Shown: positions 47,476-55,934 of the stretch, in pieces
Layout: each line of letters starts with the position of its first letter
Position numbering within the stretch: the stretch's first letter is position 1
Origin: an uncultured delta proteobacterium
GTDB lineage: Bacteria; Desulfobacterota; Binatia; Binatales; Binataceae
DNA length: 64,000 nt
Reading direction: 5' to 3'
Assembly: GCA_963842085.1 (NCBI GenBank)
Contig: CAWJET010000002.1
Coordinates: forward strand, 128,001 to 192,000
Notes under the pieces: generated by a model
What the model was told of the DNA's origin: nothing
Seen by the model: the letters and a program-made list of their open reading frames with translations, nothing else
The model's database searches: none
Program-made: the position numbers and the translations under genes

Positions 47476-48650
47476 AACGAGTCCAGCTCGTCTTCCATCG
47501 GCTCTTGCTTGATCATCGGATGCGACGACTTGACGGTGAGCGCCGGCTTCGGTGATTTGTCGAGCTTGTAGTCGTCGAGCGTGTACCGATCGATCGCGAA
47601 CGGCAGTCCCTCCGAGGCCGGGAACGACGGCGCGTCGCAGACCTGGAAATGCAAGTGCGGCTCCGATGAATTGCCGGTATTGCCGAGATGCGCGAGCACG
47701 TCGCCGGCGTGAACGGTGTCGCCCACCTTCACCTTGAGTGTGCCCGGCCGCAGATGCGCGTATGCGGCGAAGTGCCCGTCGCTCAGCTCCTGGATGACGT
47801 GATTGCCGGCGAGAGTTTCGTACGTAATCGGCACGGCGATTTTGCCGCTGTTGGGGACGTTCTCGGGGATGCCGTCCTTCACCTCGACGATCTTTCCGTC
47901 GCCGACCGCGTGAATCTCCTGATCCCATGCGTGATAGCTGCTGTTCTTGTGCTCGTCTCCGGTGAACGATTTGCCGTCGTCGCCGAGCTGAATCCAGTCG
48001 ATCGCGTAGCGCTGTCCGATGTGCGGCTGACCGTTCACCGGCAGCATCGCACGGCGATGCGCCGAGGTGTTGGAGGGGCCGTTGGCAGCGAGCCAGTTAG
48101 TCCCGCGGAGCGGAGAATGAATCACGATCGGGTCGTCCGAGTTTATTTCGAGCCCGGCGGCGTGAATGGTTCCGGAGCCGCTGCGCTCGCCGTGCTGTTC
48201 GATCGTAATGGCGGTATTGAAAGTGTCCGGATCGTCCTGGTCGGGAAGCCAGTCGGCAAAAACAAAAAAGACGCCGGTCTCGCCCGGCTTGAGACTCGGA
48301 TCGTTGGGCTTGCTGAGGTCGCCGCCCGTGGCCGGCACGAACATCGCGGCCAGTTGTTTGCCGCTCGCCGACTGCGTGACGACAACCTTGTCGTCGTCTT
48401 TTCCATTCACGTCGAGCCTGGCGACTTTGAGCGGCGTCCTGCCGAAATTCGTGACGTATAACTCGTAGGCCGAATGCCGGTGACCGGCGCCGTCGAGGAT
48501 TTGCGCCTCGGGCGGCCACGGCGTTGCGACGACGCGCATGTAGAGCGGGTCGTTTTCGGGCGCTGGCGGCGACTTTTGCTCGGCGAACGACGACCGCGCG
48601 AACGCGAACGAAGTCAGCGCTACGAGCACAAGCAGTCGCGAGCGATACAT
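47472..48650 (-). CDS. Secreted M23 family peptidase
   Basis: Signal peptide; RYAIDW, AYAHL, GNTGNSSEPHLHFQ. Confidence 0.85.
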   Translation of the reverse strand: MYRSRLLVLVALTSFAFARSSFAEQKSPPAPENDPLYMRVVATPWPPEAQILDGAGHRHSAYELYVTNFGRTPLKVARLDVNGKDDDKVVVTQSASGKQLAAMFVPATGGDLSKPNDPSLKPGETGVFFVFADWLPDQDDPDTFNTAITIEQHGERSGSGTIHAAGLEINSDDPIVIHSPLRGTNWLAANGPSNTSAHRRAMLPVNGQPHIGQRYAIDWIQLGDDGKSFTGDEHKNSSYHAWDQEIHAVGDGKIVEVKDGIPENVPNSGKIAVPITYETLAGNHVIQELSDGHFAAYAHLRPGTLKVKVGDTVHAGDVLAHLGNTGNSSEPHLHFQVCDAPSFPASEGLPFAIDRYTLDDYKLDKSPKPALTVKSSHPMIKQEPMEDELDSF

Positions 48651-48665
48651 CGTCAGTCTCTTCCG

Positions 48666-49331
48666 TCAGTGCGTGCTCTTGTCGTCGTCGGATGTCTCGG
48701 CCCCCGGCTCGGCCGGTTCTTCTGCTGACGGCTCCGCAATCGCGGCGGAGTCCTCGGGATGAGTCTCGATGCCTTCGACCGGCCCGGTGTTCACCTGCTC
48801 GACGGCGCGCTCGATCTCGCGGAACTCCGACAGGTCGGGCAGGCTTTCAAGGTCCTTGAGGCCGAACAATTCGAGGAACTCGCCGGTAGTTTCATAGACC
48901 ATCGGGCGTCCGGGTGCGTCCTTGCGCCCGGCAATCTTGACGAGCCGCTTTTCGAGCAGCGTTTCGAGCACGCCGCCCGTGTCGACGCCGCGCAACTGTT
49001 CGATCTCCGGGCGAGTGATCGGCTGCCGATAGGCGATAATCGCGACGGTCTCCATCAGCGGGCGGCTGAGGCGCGGCGGCCTGGCGGCAAGCAGCTTGCG
49101 GACGTAGCCGGCGTGGTCCTTGGGCGTGCGCATCTGGTAGCCGCCGGCGACTTCGTCGATGACGATGCCGCGGTTTTCGGCGGCGTACTCGGCCGCCATC
49201 GCGGCGAGCGCTTTTTGCACGGTCGCGCGCGGGACGTCGTCGAAGACCGCGGCCAGCCGTGCGAGCGAGACCGGCTCGCCGGCCGCGAACAGCAGGCTCG
49301 CGAGAACTGATTTCAATCGCTCTTCTTCCAC
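48666..49331 (-). CDS. scpB: SMC-Scp complex subunit ScpB
   Basis: VAGGYQMRT, LS...METVAIIAYRQPITR.EIE..RGV, F.L..L..LP. Confidence 0.94.
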   Translation of the reverse strand: MEEERLKSVLASLLFAAGEPVSLARLAAVFDDVPRATVQKALAAMAAEYAAENRGIVIDEVAGGYQMRTPKDHAGYVRKLLAARPPRLSRPLMETVAIIAYRQPITRPEIEQLRGVDTGGVLETLLEKRLVKIAGRKDAPGRPMVYETTGEFLELFGLKDLESLPDLSEFREIERAVEQVNTGPVEGIETHPEDSAAIAEPSAEEPAEPGAETSDDDKSTH

Positions 49332-49342
49332 TCAGCCTCCGC

Positions 49343-50101
49343 TCATGCCGCGGCGCCGCGCTCGAGAAAAATCGGGCCGAAGCGCACTTCCTGAAACGCG
49401 CGAACTTCGCGCCGGCGTATCAGTTCGAGCAGCGCCATAAACGTTGCAATTACCAGCGATCGATCGCCCGCATCCTCGAACAGCGCGGCGAACTGGATCC
49501 GGCCCGCGCCTTCCAGCGCACGCATTATCCGCGGGATACATTCCGCCACCGGGATGTCGCGCAGCTCAATTGCGCGCGGCGTCTTGTCGGCGACGCGCTT
49601 GAGCACTGCGCCAATCGCCTCGACCAGATCGAAAATCGAAACAGTGTACTGACTGGCGCTCGCGTCTTCGGGCGCGACTTCGCCGGGCGTGGTGAACACG
49701 TCGCGGCCCAGGATCGCGCGCTCGGCGAGTTTTTCAGCCGCCTCGCGATAGCGCTGATATTCGAGCAGCCGTTCGACCAGGTCGCGCTTGAGCTCCTCGG
49801 CTTCCTCGGTGTCGGCGAGCTCCGGATGCGGCAGCATCGCGAACGACTTGATCAACAGCAGCGTCGCCGCCATCACGAGGTACTCGCCCGCCACGTCGAG
49901 ATTCAACTGATCGAGCAACTCGAGCCATGCCAGGTACTGCTCGGTGATCACGCTGGCGGTGACCTCGTGCGGGTCGAGCTCGGCGCGCTTGAGCAGATGC
50001 AGCAGCAGGTCGAGCGGGCCTTCGTAAATCGGGAGACGGAAGCGAACGCCGGCGTCGGCACCGAGCCTGGGCGGCATGCTGGATTCGTTTTCGTTGCTCA
50101 C
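49343..50101 (-). CDS. scpA: Segregation and condensation protein A (kleisin)
   Basis: YEGPLDLLLHL, AGEYLVMAATL..IKS, TFMALLEL; GTG start overlaps the upstream stop. Confidence 0.93.
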   Translation of the reverse strand: MSNENESSMPPRLGADAGVRFRLPIYEGPLDLLLHLLKRAELDPHEVTASVITEQYLAWLELLDQLNLDVAGEYLVMAATLLLIKSFAMLPHPELADTEEAEELKRDLVERLLEYQRYREAAEKLAERAILGRDVFTTPGEVAPEDASASQYTVSIFDLVEAIGAVLKRVADKTPRAIELRDIPVAECIPRIMRALEGAGRIQFAALFEDAGDRSLVIATFMALLELIRRREVRAFQEVRFGPIFLERGAAA

Positions 50102-50760
50102 AGCTGCACCATCCACGAGATCGCGCCCAGCGCCATATTCATGACCGGATAGATCGCGACATCCAGCCAATGCGTATACAGCAGCAGCAGCAGTATAAGG
50201 AAGCCGTAACGCTCGGTGTGCGCGTAGGCGCGTGCGGCCGTGATCGGCAGGACACTGAACAACACGCGCCCGCCGTCCAGCGGCAGCACGGGAAAGAGGT
50301 TGAAGACTCCCAGTTCGACGTTGACGATCACCGACGCCTGCAACATCCGCGCGAGCGGTAGTGCGACCGTCGGACCGAACGATCCGTGCAGAAAGAGCGG
50401 TGCTGCTCGCAGCAGCAGTCCACTGACGATTGCCAGCACGAAGTTCGTCAACGGCCCGGCGGCCGCCACTTTCAACATGCCGGTCCGTCCGCCGCGCAGC
50501 ACGCGGAAATCGACGGGGACCGGCTTGGCGTAGCCGAGCACGGGCAGATTAAAGAGATACAGCGCGAACGGCAGGATAATCGTCCCAAAAAGATCGATGT
50601 GCGAAATCGGATTGAGCGTGAGCCGTCCCGCGCGACGCGCGGTTTCGTCGCCAAGGCGCAGCGCCACCACGCCGTGCATGATCTCGTGCGCGATGATTGC
50701 GAACATGATCGGCGGCGCGACGATGCAGATGGTCGCGATCGTTTCGTTCAGATCGCCCAA
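50098..50760 (-). CDS. Site-2 protease (M50) family protein
   Basis: HEIMH, GRLTLNP, YAKPVPV, AAGPLTN, FNLFP..PLDG. Confidence 0.92.
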   Translation of the reverse strand: MGDLNETIATICIVAPPIMFAIIAHEIMHGVVALRLGDETARRAGRLTLNPISHIDLFGTIILPFALYLFNLPVLGYAKPVPVDFRVLRGGRTGMLKVAAAGPLTNFVLAIVSGLLLRAAPLFLHGSFGPTVALPLARMLQASVIVNVELGVFNLFPVLPLDGGRVLFSVLPITAARAYAHTERYGFLILLLLLYTHWLDVAIYPVMNMALGAISWMVQL

Positions 50761-50761
50761 G

Positions 50762-51724
50762 TCAGTCCGAGCCTTCCGCCGCGCTCGCGCGGGTCGCGCG
50801 CGGATGAAACGTGCGATGGACCTTGCGCAAGTGGCTCTTTGAGAGATGGGTGTAGATTTGCGTGGTCGAGATGTCGCTGTGGCCGAGCATCTCCTGCACG
50901 GCGCGCAGATCGGCGCCGCCCTCGAGCAGATGCGTGGCGAAGCAATGCCGCAAAGTATGCGGGCTGATCCATGCGAGTCGCGGCTCGGCGGCGGCCCATC
51001 CCTTGAGCGCCTTGAAAAATCCCTGGCGGGTCATCGCGCGGCCGAGCCTTGTGATGAAAACCGCGGAGACGCGCCGCGGAACTTTCTTCGAGCCGCACTT
51101 GCCGTCCTCGGGCGGATTCAGGATCTCGTCACGGCGCTCCAGGTAGGCCTTCAGCGCGCGAATCGCGGCACCGCCCATCGGCACCATCCGCTCCTTGCCG
51201 CCCTTGCCCAGCACAACTACGGCGCCGGCCGCGAGATTCACCTGATGCAGTTGCAAGCCGACCAGCTCCGAAACGCGCAGGCCGCATCCATAGGCCATTT
51301 CGAGCATCGCGCGATCGCGCAGTCCGCGGGCGTCGTGCGCATCGATCGCAGCGATAAGATTTTCGATGTCGCCGGGCGACAGCGTGCGCGGGAGTTTGCG
51401 CGGATGCGGGCGGAGTTTCACCGACGGCGCGGGATCGCGCTCAATGATCTTCTCGTCCACCAGCTCGCGCGCGAGCCCGCGCAGGCTGGCGAGATGGCGG
51501 CGCTGCGAACTGACGGCGAATCCATTGTCGGCGAGCGCTTCGAGGTACGCGGTCAGAGCGGCGGCGTCGAGCTGCGCGGGCGCCAGGCCGGCCGCGCGGC
51601 ACCACGATTGGAAAAGGCTGAGGTCGTGCGCGTATGCCTCCATCGAATGGCGGCTGAGCCCGCGCTCGACCGCCTGGCGCGACAAATGGCGATCGATCAG
51701 CTCGTCCCAGCTGGGGACGCTCAC
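50762..51724 (-). CDS. xerD: Tyrosine recombinase XerD
   Basis: RDRAMLE..Y.CGLRVSEL, GKGGKER.VP, SPHTLRH.FATHLL.GGADLR.VQ.MLGH.DISTTQIY. Confidence 0.93.
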   Translation of the reverse strand: MSVPSWDELIDRHLSRQAVERGLSRHSMEAYAHDLSLFQSWCRAAGLAPAQLDAAALTAYLEALADNGFAVSSQRRHLASLRGLARELVDEKIIERDPAPSVKLRPHPRKLPRTLSPGDIENLIAAIDAHDARGLRDRAMLEMAYGCGLRVSELVGLQLHQVNLAAGAVVVLGKGGKERMVPMGGAAIRALKAYLERRDEILNPPEDGKCGSKKVPRRVSAVFITRLGRAMTRQGFFKALKGWAAAEPRLAWISPHTLRHCFATHLLEGGADLRAVQEMLGHSDISTTQIYTHLSKSHLRKVHRTFHPRATRASAAEGSD

Positions 51725-54471
51725 GCGGATGCTCCTGCGCCGGGATTCTGTTCGACCTGTTCGAGCAAGGCAGCGCGCAACTCGCGCATCCGATCGAGAT
51801 CCGTGATTTTTCCGCCCGCTTGATCGCTCACGTAAAAGACGTCGAGCGCCTGATCGGCGTTGGTCGAAATGCGCGCGAGGTGAATCCGCAGGCCCAGGCG
51901 GTAGAGCGTGTGGGTGATCGCGAACAGCAGGCCGACGCGGTCCTGGGTGAAAACGTCGATGACGGTGAACTGCTCGGAGGTGCGATTGTCCACGGTGACT
52001 TCGGTCGGCACATGGCGCACGAACTTGCGGCCGGCGCTCTGCACGTGATGCGCGGCAGCGACCAGCGCCGCGATATCCTGCCGGCCGGTGATGACGCGCT
52101 CGAGGTCGTGCTCGACCCGCAGCCAGCGGTCGTCTTCCAGCGCCATCGAGCCGGCGCCCATCTGATGCGAGACGCGAAACACGTCCATCGCGACGCCGTT
52201 GGTGCGCGTGGTGATGCGGGCTGACAGGATGTTGAGATTGTTGGCGGTCAGCGCGCCCGCGATCATCGAGAACAGTCCCTGTCGGTCGCGCGTGACGACG
52301 ATGAATTCGCTGAACTCCAGTTCGGGGAAATGCCTGATGCGGCAGACCAGCGGGCGGTCGGCGAGCGAGCGCATCAGGTCGAAGTGCAGGGGAATGTCGG
52401 CCTCGGGCACGGTGAAGAAGTAGCGATCGGGCATCTCGTCGAGGAACGCGGCAACATCCGCTTCAGGAGCCGCCGCGGCGAGCAGGGTTTCGCGGACGGC
52501 AGCCTTGACGGTCGCGAGCCGGCGCGCGGGATCGACGGCCTCGCGATCTCCCTGCTCGAGCACCTTGAGCGCGCGCATGTAGAGATCGCTCAGCAGCATG
52601 TCGCGCCAGTTGTTGTAGACCTTCGGCGCAACCGCGCGCATGTCGGCGTAGGTGAGCAGGTAGAGCGCCTTGAGCCGATCGATCGAGCCGGCGGTGCGGG
52701 CAAATTCCTCGACCGTGGTTTGATCGTCGAGGTCGCCCTTCTGCGCGACCTGCGACATCATTAGATGGTTGCGAACGAGGAACACGACCAGGTCGATCTC
52801 CTCGCTGTTGAGTCCGAGGCGCTGGGACACTTCCGCGGTCAGGCCGGCGCCGCGCTCATGGTGGTCGTGGCCGTGGCCCTTGCCGATGTCGTGGAGCAGC
52901 AGCGCAAGGAACACGAGCGGCAGATGGTCGAGTTCGCGCGCGACCTCGGTGAGCAGCGGTGTGGGCTCTTTGAACTCGCCCGTGCGCAGGCGTTCGAGCT
53001 CACGCACGGCAACCAGCGAATGCCGGTCGACGGTATAGATGTGGTAGAGGTCGTGCAGGACGCGCGCGTAGAGGTTGCCGAACTCGGGGATGATCGCGCC
53101 GAGCACGCCCGACAGATGCATCGCCTCGAGGGTTTCGGCGACGCGCTGGCGCGCTGACAGAATCGTCATCAGCGCTTGGGCGACGCGCGGGTCTTTGCGC
53201 ATGTCATCGTCGATCAATTCAAGATTGTCGCGCACCAGCTGGTAGGTGCTGCCCGAGAGACTGACGTTCTGCGCCTGGCAGTCCGCGTAGATCTTGATCA
53301 GCTCGAGCGGATCGCGCTTGAAAAAATCGAGCTCGGCAATGCTCAGCAGATTGCCTTGAACGATTACGCCGGGGCGAATTTTGCGGGTCGGCGTGCGGCG
53401 AAAAAATCGTCCGCTGGCACTGTTCTCGGTAACGCGCGCGATCAGCCCTTCGGCGAAACGATGGATCGTCGAGGCGTGCTGGTAGTACGCGCGCATCAAG
53501 GCCGAACCTGCGGCCTGTCCTTCCTCGGGCTTGAAGCCCAACATCGGCTCGATCCGTTCCTGCATCTCGAAGGTGATCTGATCGAAGTGGCGCCCGGTCA
53601 GGAAGTGCAGAGAATTGCGCACGCGCCAGAGAAAGTCGCGCGCCTCGATCACTTCGGCCGCTTCGGGCTCGGTGATGACGGCCTTCTGCACCAGCTCCTC
53701 GAGCGAATGGACCTTGTATTTGACCTTGGCCAGCCACATCGCGGTGTGAAGATCGCGCAGCCCGCCTTCGCCTTCCTTGATCTGAGGCTCGAGCAGGTAG
53801 ATCGAATCGCCATACTGGGCGTGGCGTTTGCGGCTTTCTTCGAGCTTGGTGGCGAAGAACCTGTCCTGGTTGCGATTTAGGACCTCGGCGATGAGCAGCT
53901 TGTCGAGCTCGGCGTAAAGCTTTTCGTCGCCGCACAGGAAGCGCGCGTCGAGGATCGCGGTTTTTTCCTTCAGGTCGTCGTTCGCCAGCCGCACACTGTC
54001 CTTGGCCGTGCGAACTCCGTGTCCGACGGTCAGGCCCGCGTCCCACAGCGCATGCAACATTATCTCGGTGACGATTTCGGCGTACGGGCCGCGCTTGTAG
54101 TCGTGCAGGAACAACAGGTCAACGTCGGATTGCGGATTCAGCTCGCCGCGTCCGTAGCCACCGCGCGCGACCACTGAAAGTTTCTGGTTGAGCTTGGGCG
54201 CGCGCCGGCCGTGTTCCGCGTCCGCGTAGTCGAAGAGCGCGCGCAGCAAATCGTCCATCGCCGACGTCATCGCGGCCACGATCTCGCTGCCGCTCGCGCC
54301 GGCGAAATGGCGCTCGGCAAGCTCGGCGCGAACGGATTCCAGATAGGCGCGCGCATTGACGCCGGGAGTCTTGCTCGCGACGAATTGCGCGAGCAGGGCG
54401 TCCCGGCCGCGCGGCGATGATACGGCAGCCGGAACAGGCGCGGCGCGATTCGCGCCCGTGACGAGACTCAC
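51721..54471 (-). CDS. glnD: [Protein-PII] uridylyltransferase/uridylyl-removing enzyme
   Basis: GGYGRGEL.PQSDVDL, EP.IKE.EGGLRD, YH.YTVD.H, LHDIGKG, two ACT domains; GTG start overlaps the amidase stop. Confidence 0.95.
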   Translation of the reverse strand: MSLVTGANRAAPVPAAVSSPRGRDALLAQFVASKTPGVNARAYLESVRAELAERHFAGASGSEIVAAMTSAMDDLLRALFDYADAEHGRRAPKLNQKLSVVARGGYGRGELNPQSDVDLLFLHDYKRGPYAEIVTEIMLHALWDAGLTVGHGVRTAKDSVRLANDDLKEKTAILDARFLCGDEKLYAELDKLLIAEVLNRNQDRFFATKLEESRKRHAQYGDSIYLLEPQIKEGEGGLRDLHTAMWLAKVKYKVHSLEELVQKAVITEPEAAEVIEARDFLWRVRNSLHFLTGRHFDQITFEMQERIEPMLGFKPEEGQAAGSALMRAYYQHASTIHRFAEGLIARVTENSASGRFFRRTPTRKIRPGVIVQGNLLSIAELDFFKRDPLELIKIYADCQAQNVSLSGSTYQLVRDNLELIDDDMRKDPRVAQALMTILSARQRVAETLEAMHLSGVLGAIIPEFGNLYARVLHDLYHIYTVDRHSLVAVRELERLRTGEFKEPTPLLTEVARELDHLPLVFLALLLHDIGKGHGHDHHERGAGLTAEVSQRLGLNSEEIDLVVFLVRNHLMMSQVAQKGDLDDQTTVEEFARTAGSIDRLKALYLLTYADMRAVAPKVYNNWRDMLLSDLYMRALKVLEQGDREAVDPARRLATVKAAVRETLLAAAAPEADVAAFLDEMPDRYFFTVPEADIPLHFDLMRSLADRPLVCRIRHFPELEFSEFIVVTRDRQGLFSMIAGALTANNLNILSARITTRTNGVAMDVFRVSHQMGAGSMALEDDRWLRVEHDLERVITGRQDIAALVAAAHHVQSAGRKFVRHVPTEVTVDNRTSEQFTVIDVFTQDRVGLLFAITHTLYRLGLRIHLARISTNADQALDVFYVSDQAGGKITDLDRMRELRAALLEQVEQNPGAGASA

Positions 54472-55733
54472 AGATTTCCTACTGCGAGATCGGCGTTGAA
54501 GTAGTGCACGACGGCCGTGGCGATCGCGCCCGCCAGCAGGTCCTGGTATTGCGCCGACTCCAGCCGCGCGGCTTCGGCGGCGTTCGACATGAAGCCGCAT
54601 TCAACCAGCACCGCCGGCATATGCGCGCCGACCAGCACGTAGAATGGTCCCATCTTCGCTCCCAGCGCGTTCACGTTCAGTCCGAGTCCGGCATCGAGGT
54701 CGGCGACCGTCTGCGCGTCGATCATCCGGGCCAGCGAGGCCGCTTCTATCGCCTTATAGTTCTGGCGCAGGTCGGTCAGAATGTAGTTTAAGTTGGCGTC
54801 GTTCGGCGTGCCATAGCCGTCGGCGCCGCCGTTCTCCATCCGCGCCAGCCGAATCGTCGCGCGGTCGGTGGTGTTGTTCAGGTAATAGACTTCGATTCCG
54901 GTGGTGTCGTTGTTCGGACTCGAATTGAGGTGGATCGAAACGAACAGATCCGCGCCGGCCCGATTCGCGATTTGGGTGCGCTCGGCGAGGCTGATGAAAA
55001 CGTCGGTCGAGCGCGTGAGTTCGGCGCGGATGCCGCGGGCTTCCAGAGCGGCTTTCAGGCGCGTCGCGATCTGCAGCGCGAAGTCCTTCTCCATCGCGCC
55101 GGCCGACGATTGCGTGCCGGGGTCGTAGCCCCCGTGGCCCGGATCGATCATCACGAGAAAACGACCTGGCTGACGATTGTCTTCATTCAAGGCGATGGGT
55201 GCGGACGCGATCGGCGGTGCAGTAGAGACGGGACGCGGATTCTCCGCCGTGGCGAACGCGACAGGACGCGCGACGGATGGGGCAGGGCGCCGCGGTGCGT
55301 TGTGAACGATGATCGGTGCGGCGATATTCGGATCAGCGCCGGTCGCTGCGACCCGCAACACTATTTCGTTGCGGTCGCGAAGCCGCGCGATCGCGTAGTC
55401 CGATTTGCCGATCACCTCGACGACGACTCGCGAGCCGCTGTCCGACTGGATCGCGCGGACGCTTAAGATAGGCGCCGTCTCATAGCCGAACAACGGCCGC
55501 GGCGGAATCCCGATATGAGTTCGCCCAAGATCGATCCACAGTTCACTGCCATGCGTGCCGAGATTCAGCCGTGGAACAGATCCGGTGAATCCGAAATGGA
55601 TTTCGAGCGTCTGCCCGCGATGCTCGATTCGCGCGGAAGTCAGAATCGACCCGGGAACGCTGGCGCGAACGGGCGCAACAACAGCGCCGATCGTCGCCGT
55701 CACCACCGCAACCGCCATCAATCTCCGCATCAC
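54468..55733 (-). CDS. amiC: N-acetylmuramoyl-L-alanine amidase (AMIN + Amidase_3)
   Basis: Signal peptide; IDPGHGG.DPG, EK, FVSIHLN, PAVLVECGF. Confidence 0.85.
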   Translation of the reverse strand: MMRRLMAVAVVTATIGAVVAPVRASVPGSILTSARIEHRGQTLEIHFGFTGSVPRLNLGTHGSELWIDLGRTHIGIPPRPLFGYETAPILSVRAIQSDSGSRVVVEVIGKSDYAIARLRDRNEIVLRVAATGADPNIAAPIIVHNAPRRPAPSVARPVAFATAENPRPVSTAPPIASAPIALNEDNRQPGRFLVMIDPGHGGYDPGTQSSAGAMEKDFALQIATRLKAALEARGIRAELTRSTDVFISLAERTQIANRAGADLFVSIHLNSSPNNDTTGIEVYYLNNTTDRATIRLARMENGGADGYGTPNDANLNYILTDLRQNYKAIEAASLARMIDAQTVADLDAGLGLNVNALGAKMGPFYVLVGAHMPAVLVECGFMSNAAEAARLESAQYQDLLAGAIATAVVHYFNADLAVGNL

Positions 55734-55836
55734 CGCAAACTACCCACAGCATCCAAGGATAGCCGCCGTTTAGACCGATCGCCACGCCCCCTGGTCAGCG
55801 CGCTTGTTTCGTGTTTTGTTCTCCTGAACTGAAAAA

Positions 55837-55852
55837 CGTTTCACGTGAAACA
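55837..55852. promoter_or_regulatory. parS site (ParB binding)
   Basis: CGTTTCACGTGAAACA (reverse complement TGTTTCACGTGAAACG) in the mutS-amiC intergenic region. Confidence 0.9.
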
Positions 55853-55934
55853 TTTTTGTGAAAAGCGCAGCCAACATAAGGCGTATTCGGCCACCTGCCT
55901 AAATTTTGATTGCCACCAGAGCGATCGGAGGCGC

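Noticed and set aside
45814-47928. 704-aa minus-strand ORF
   Set aside because: Antisense shadow of dnaB.
50762-51724. Tyrosine recombinase as a prophage/island integrase
   Set aside because: Clear XerD signature embedded in a housekeeping operon.
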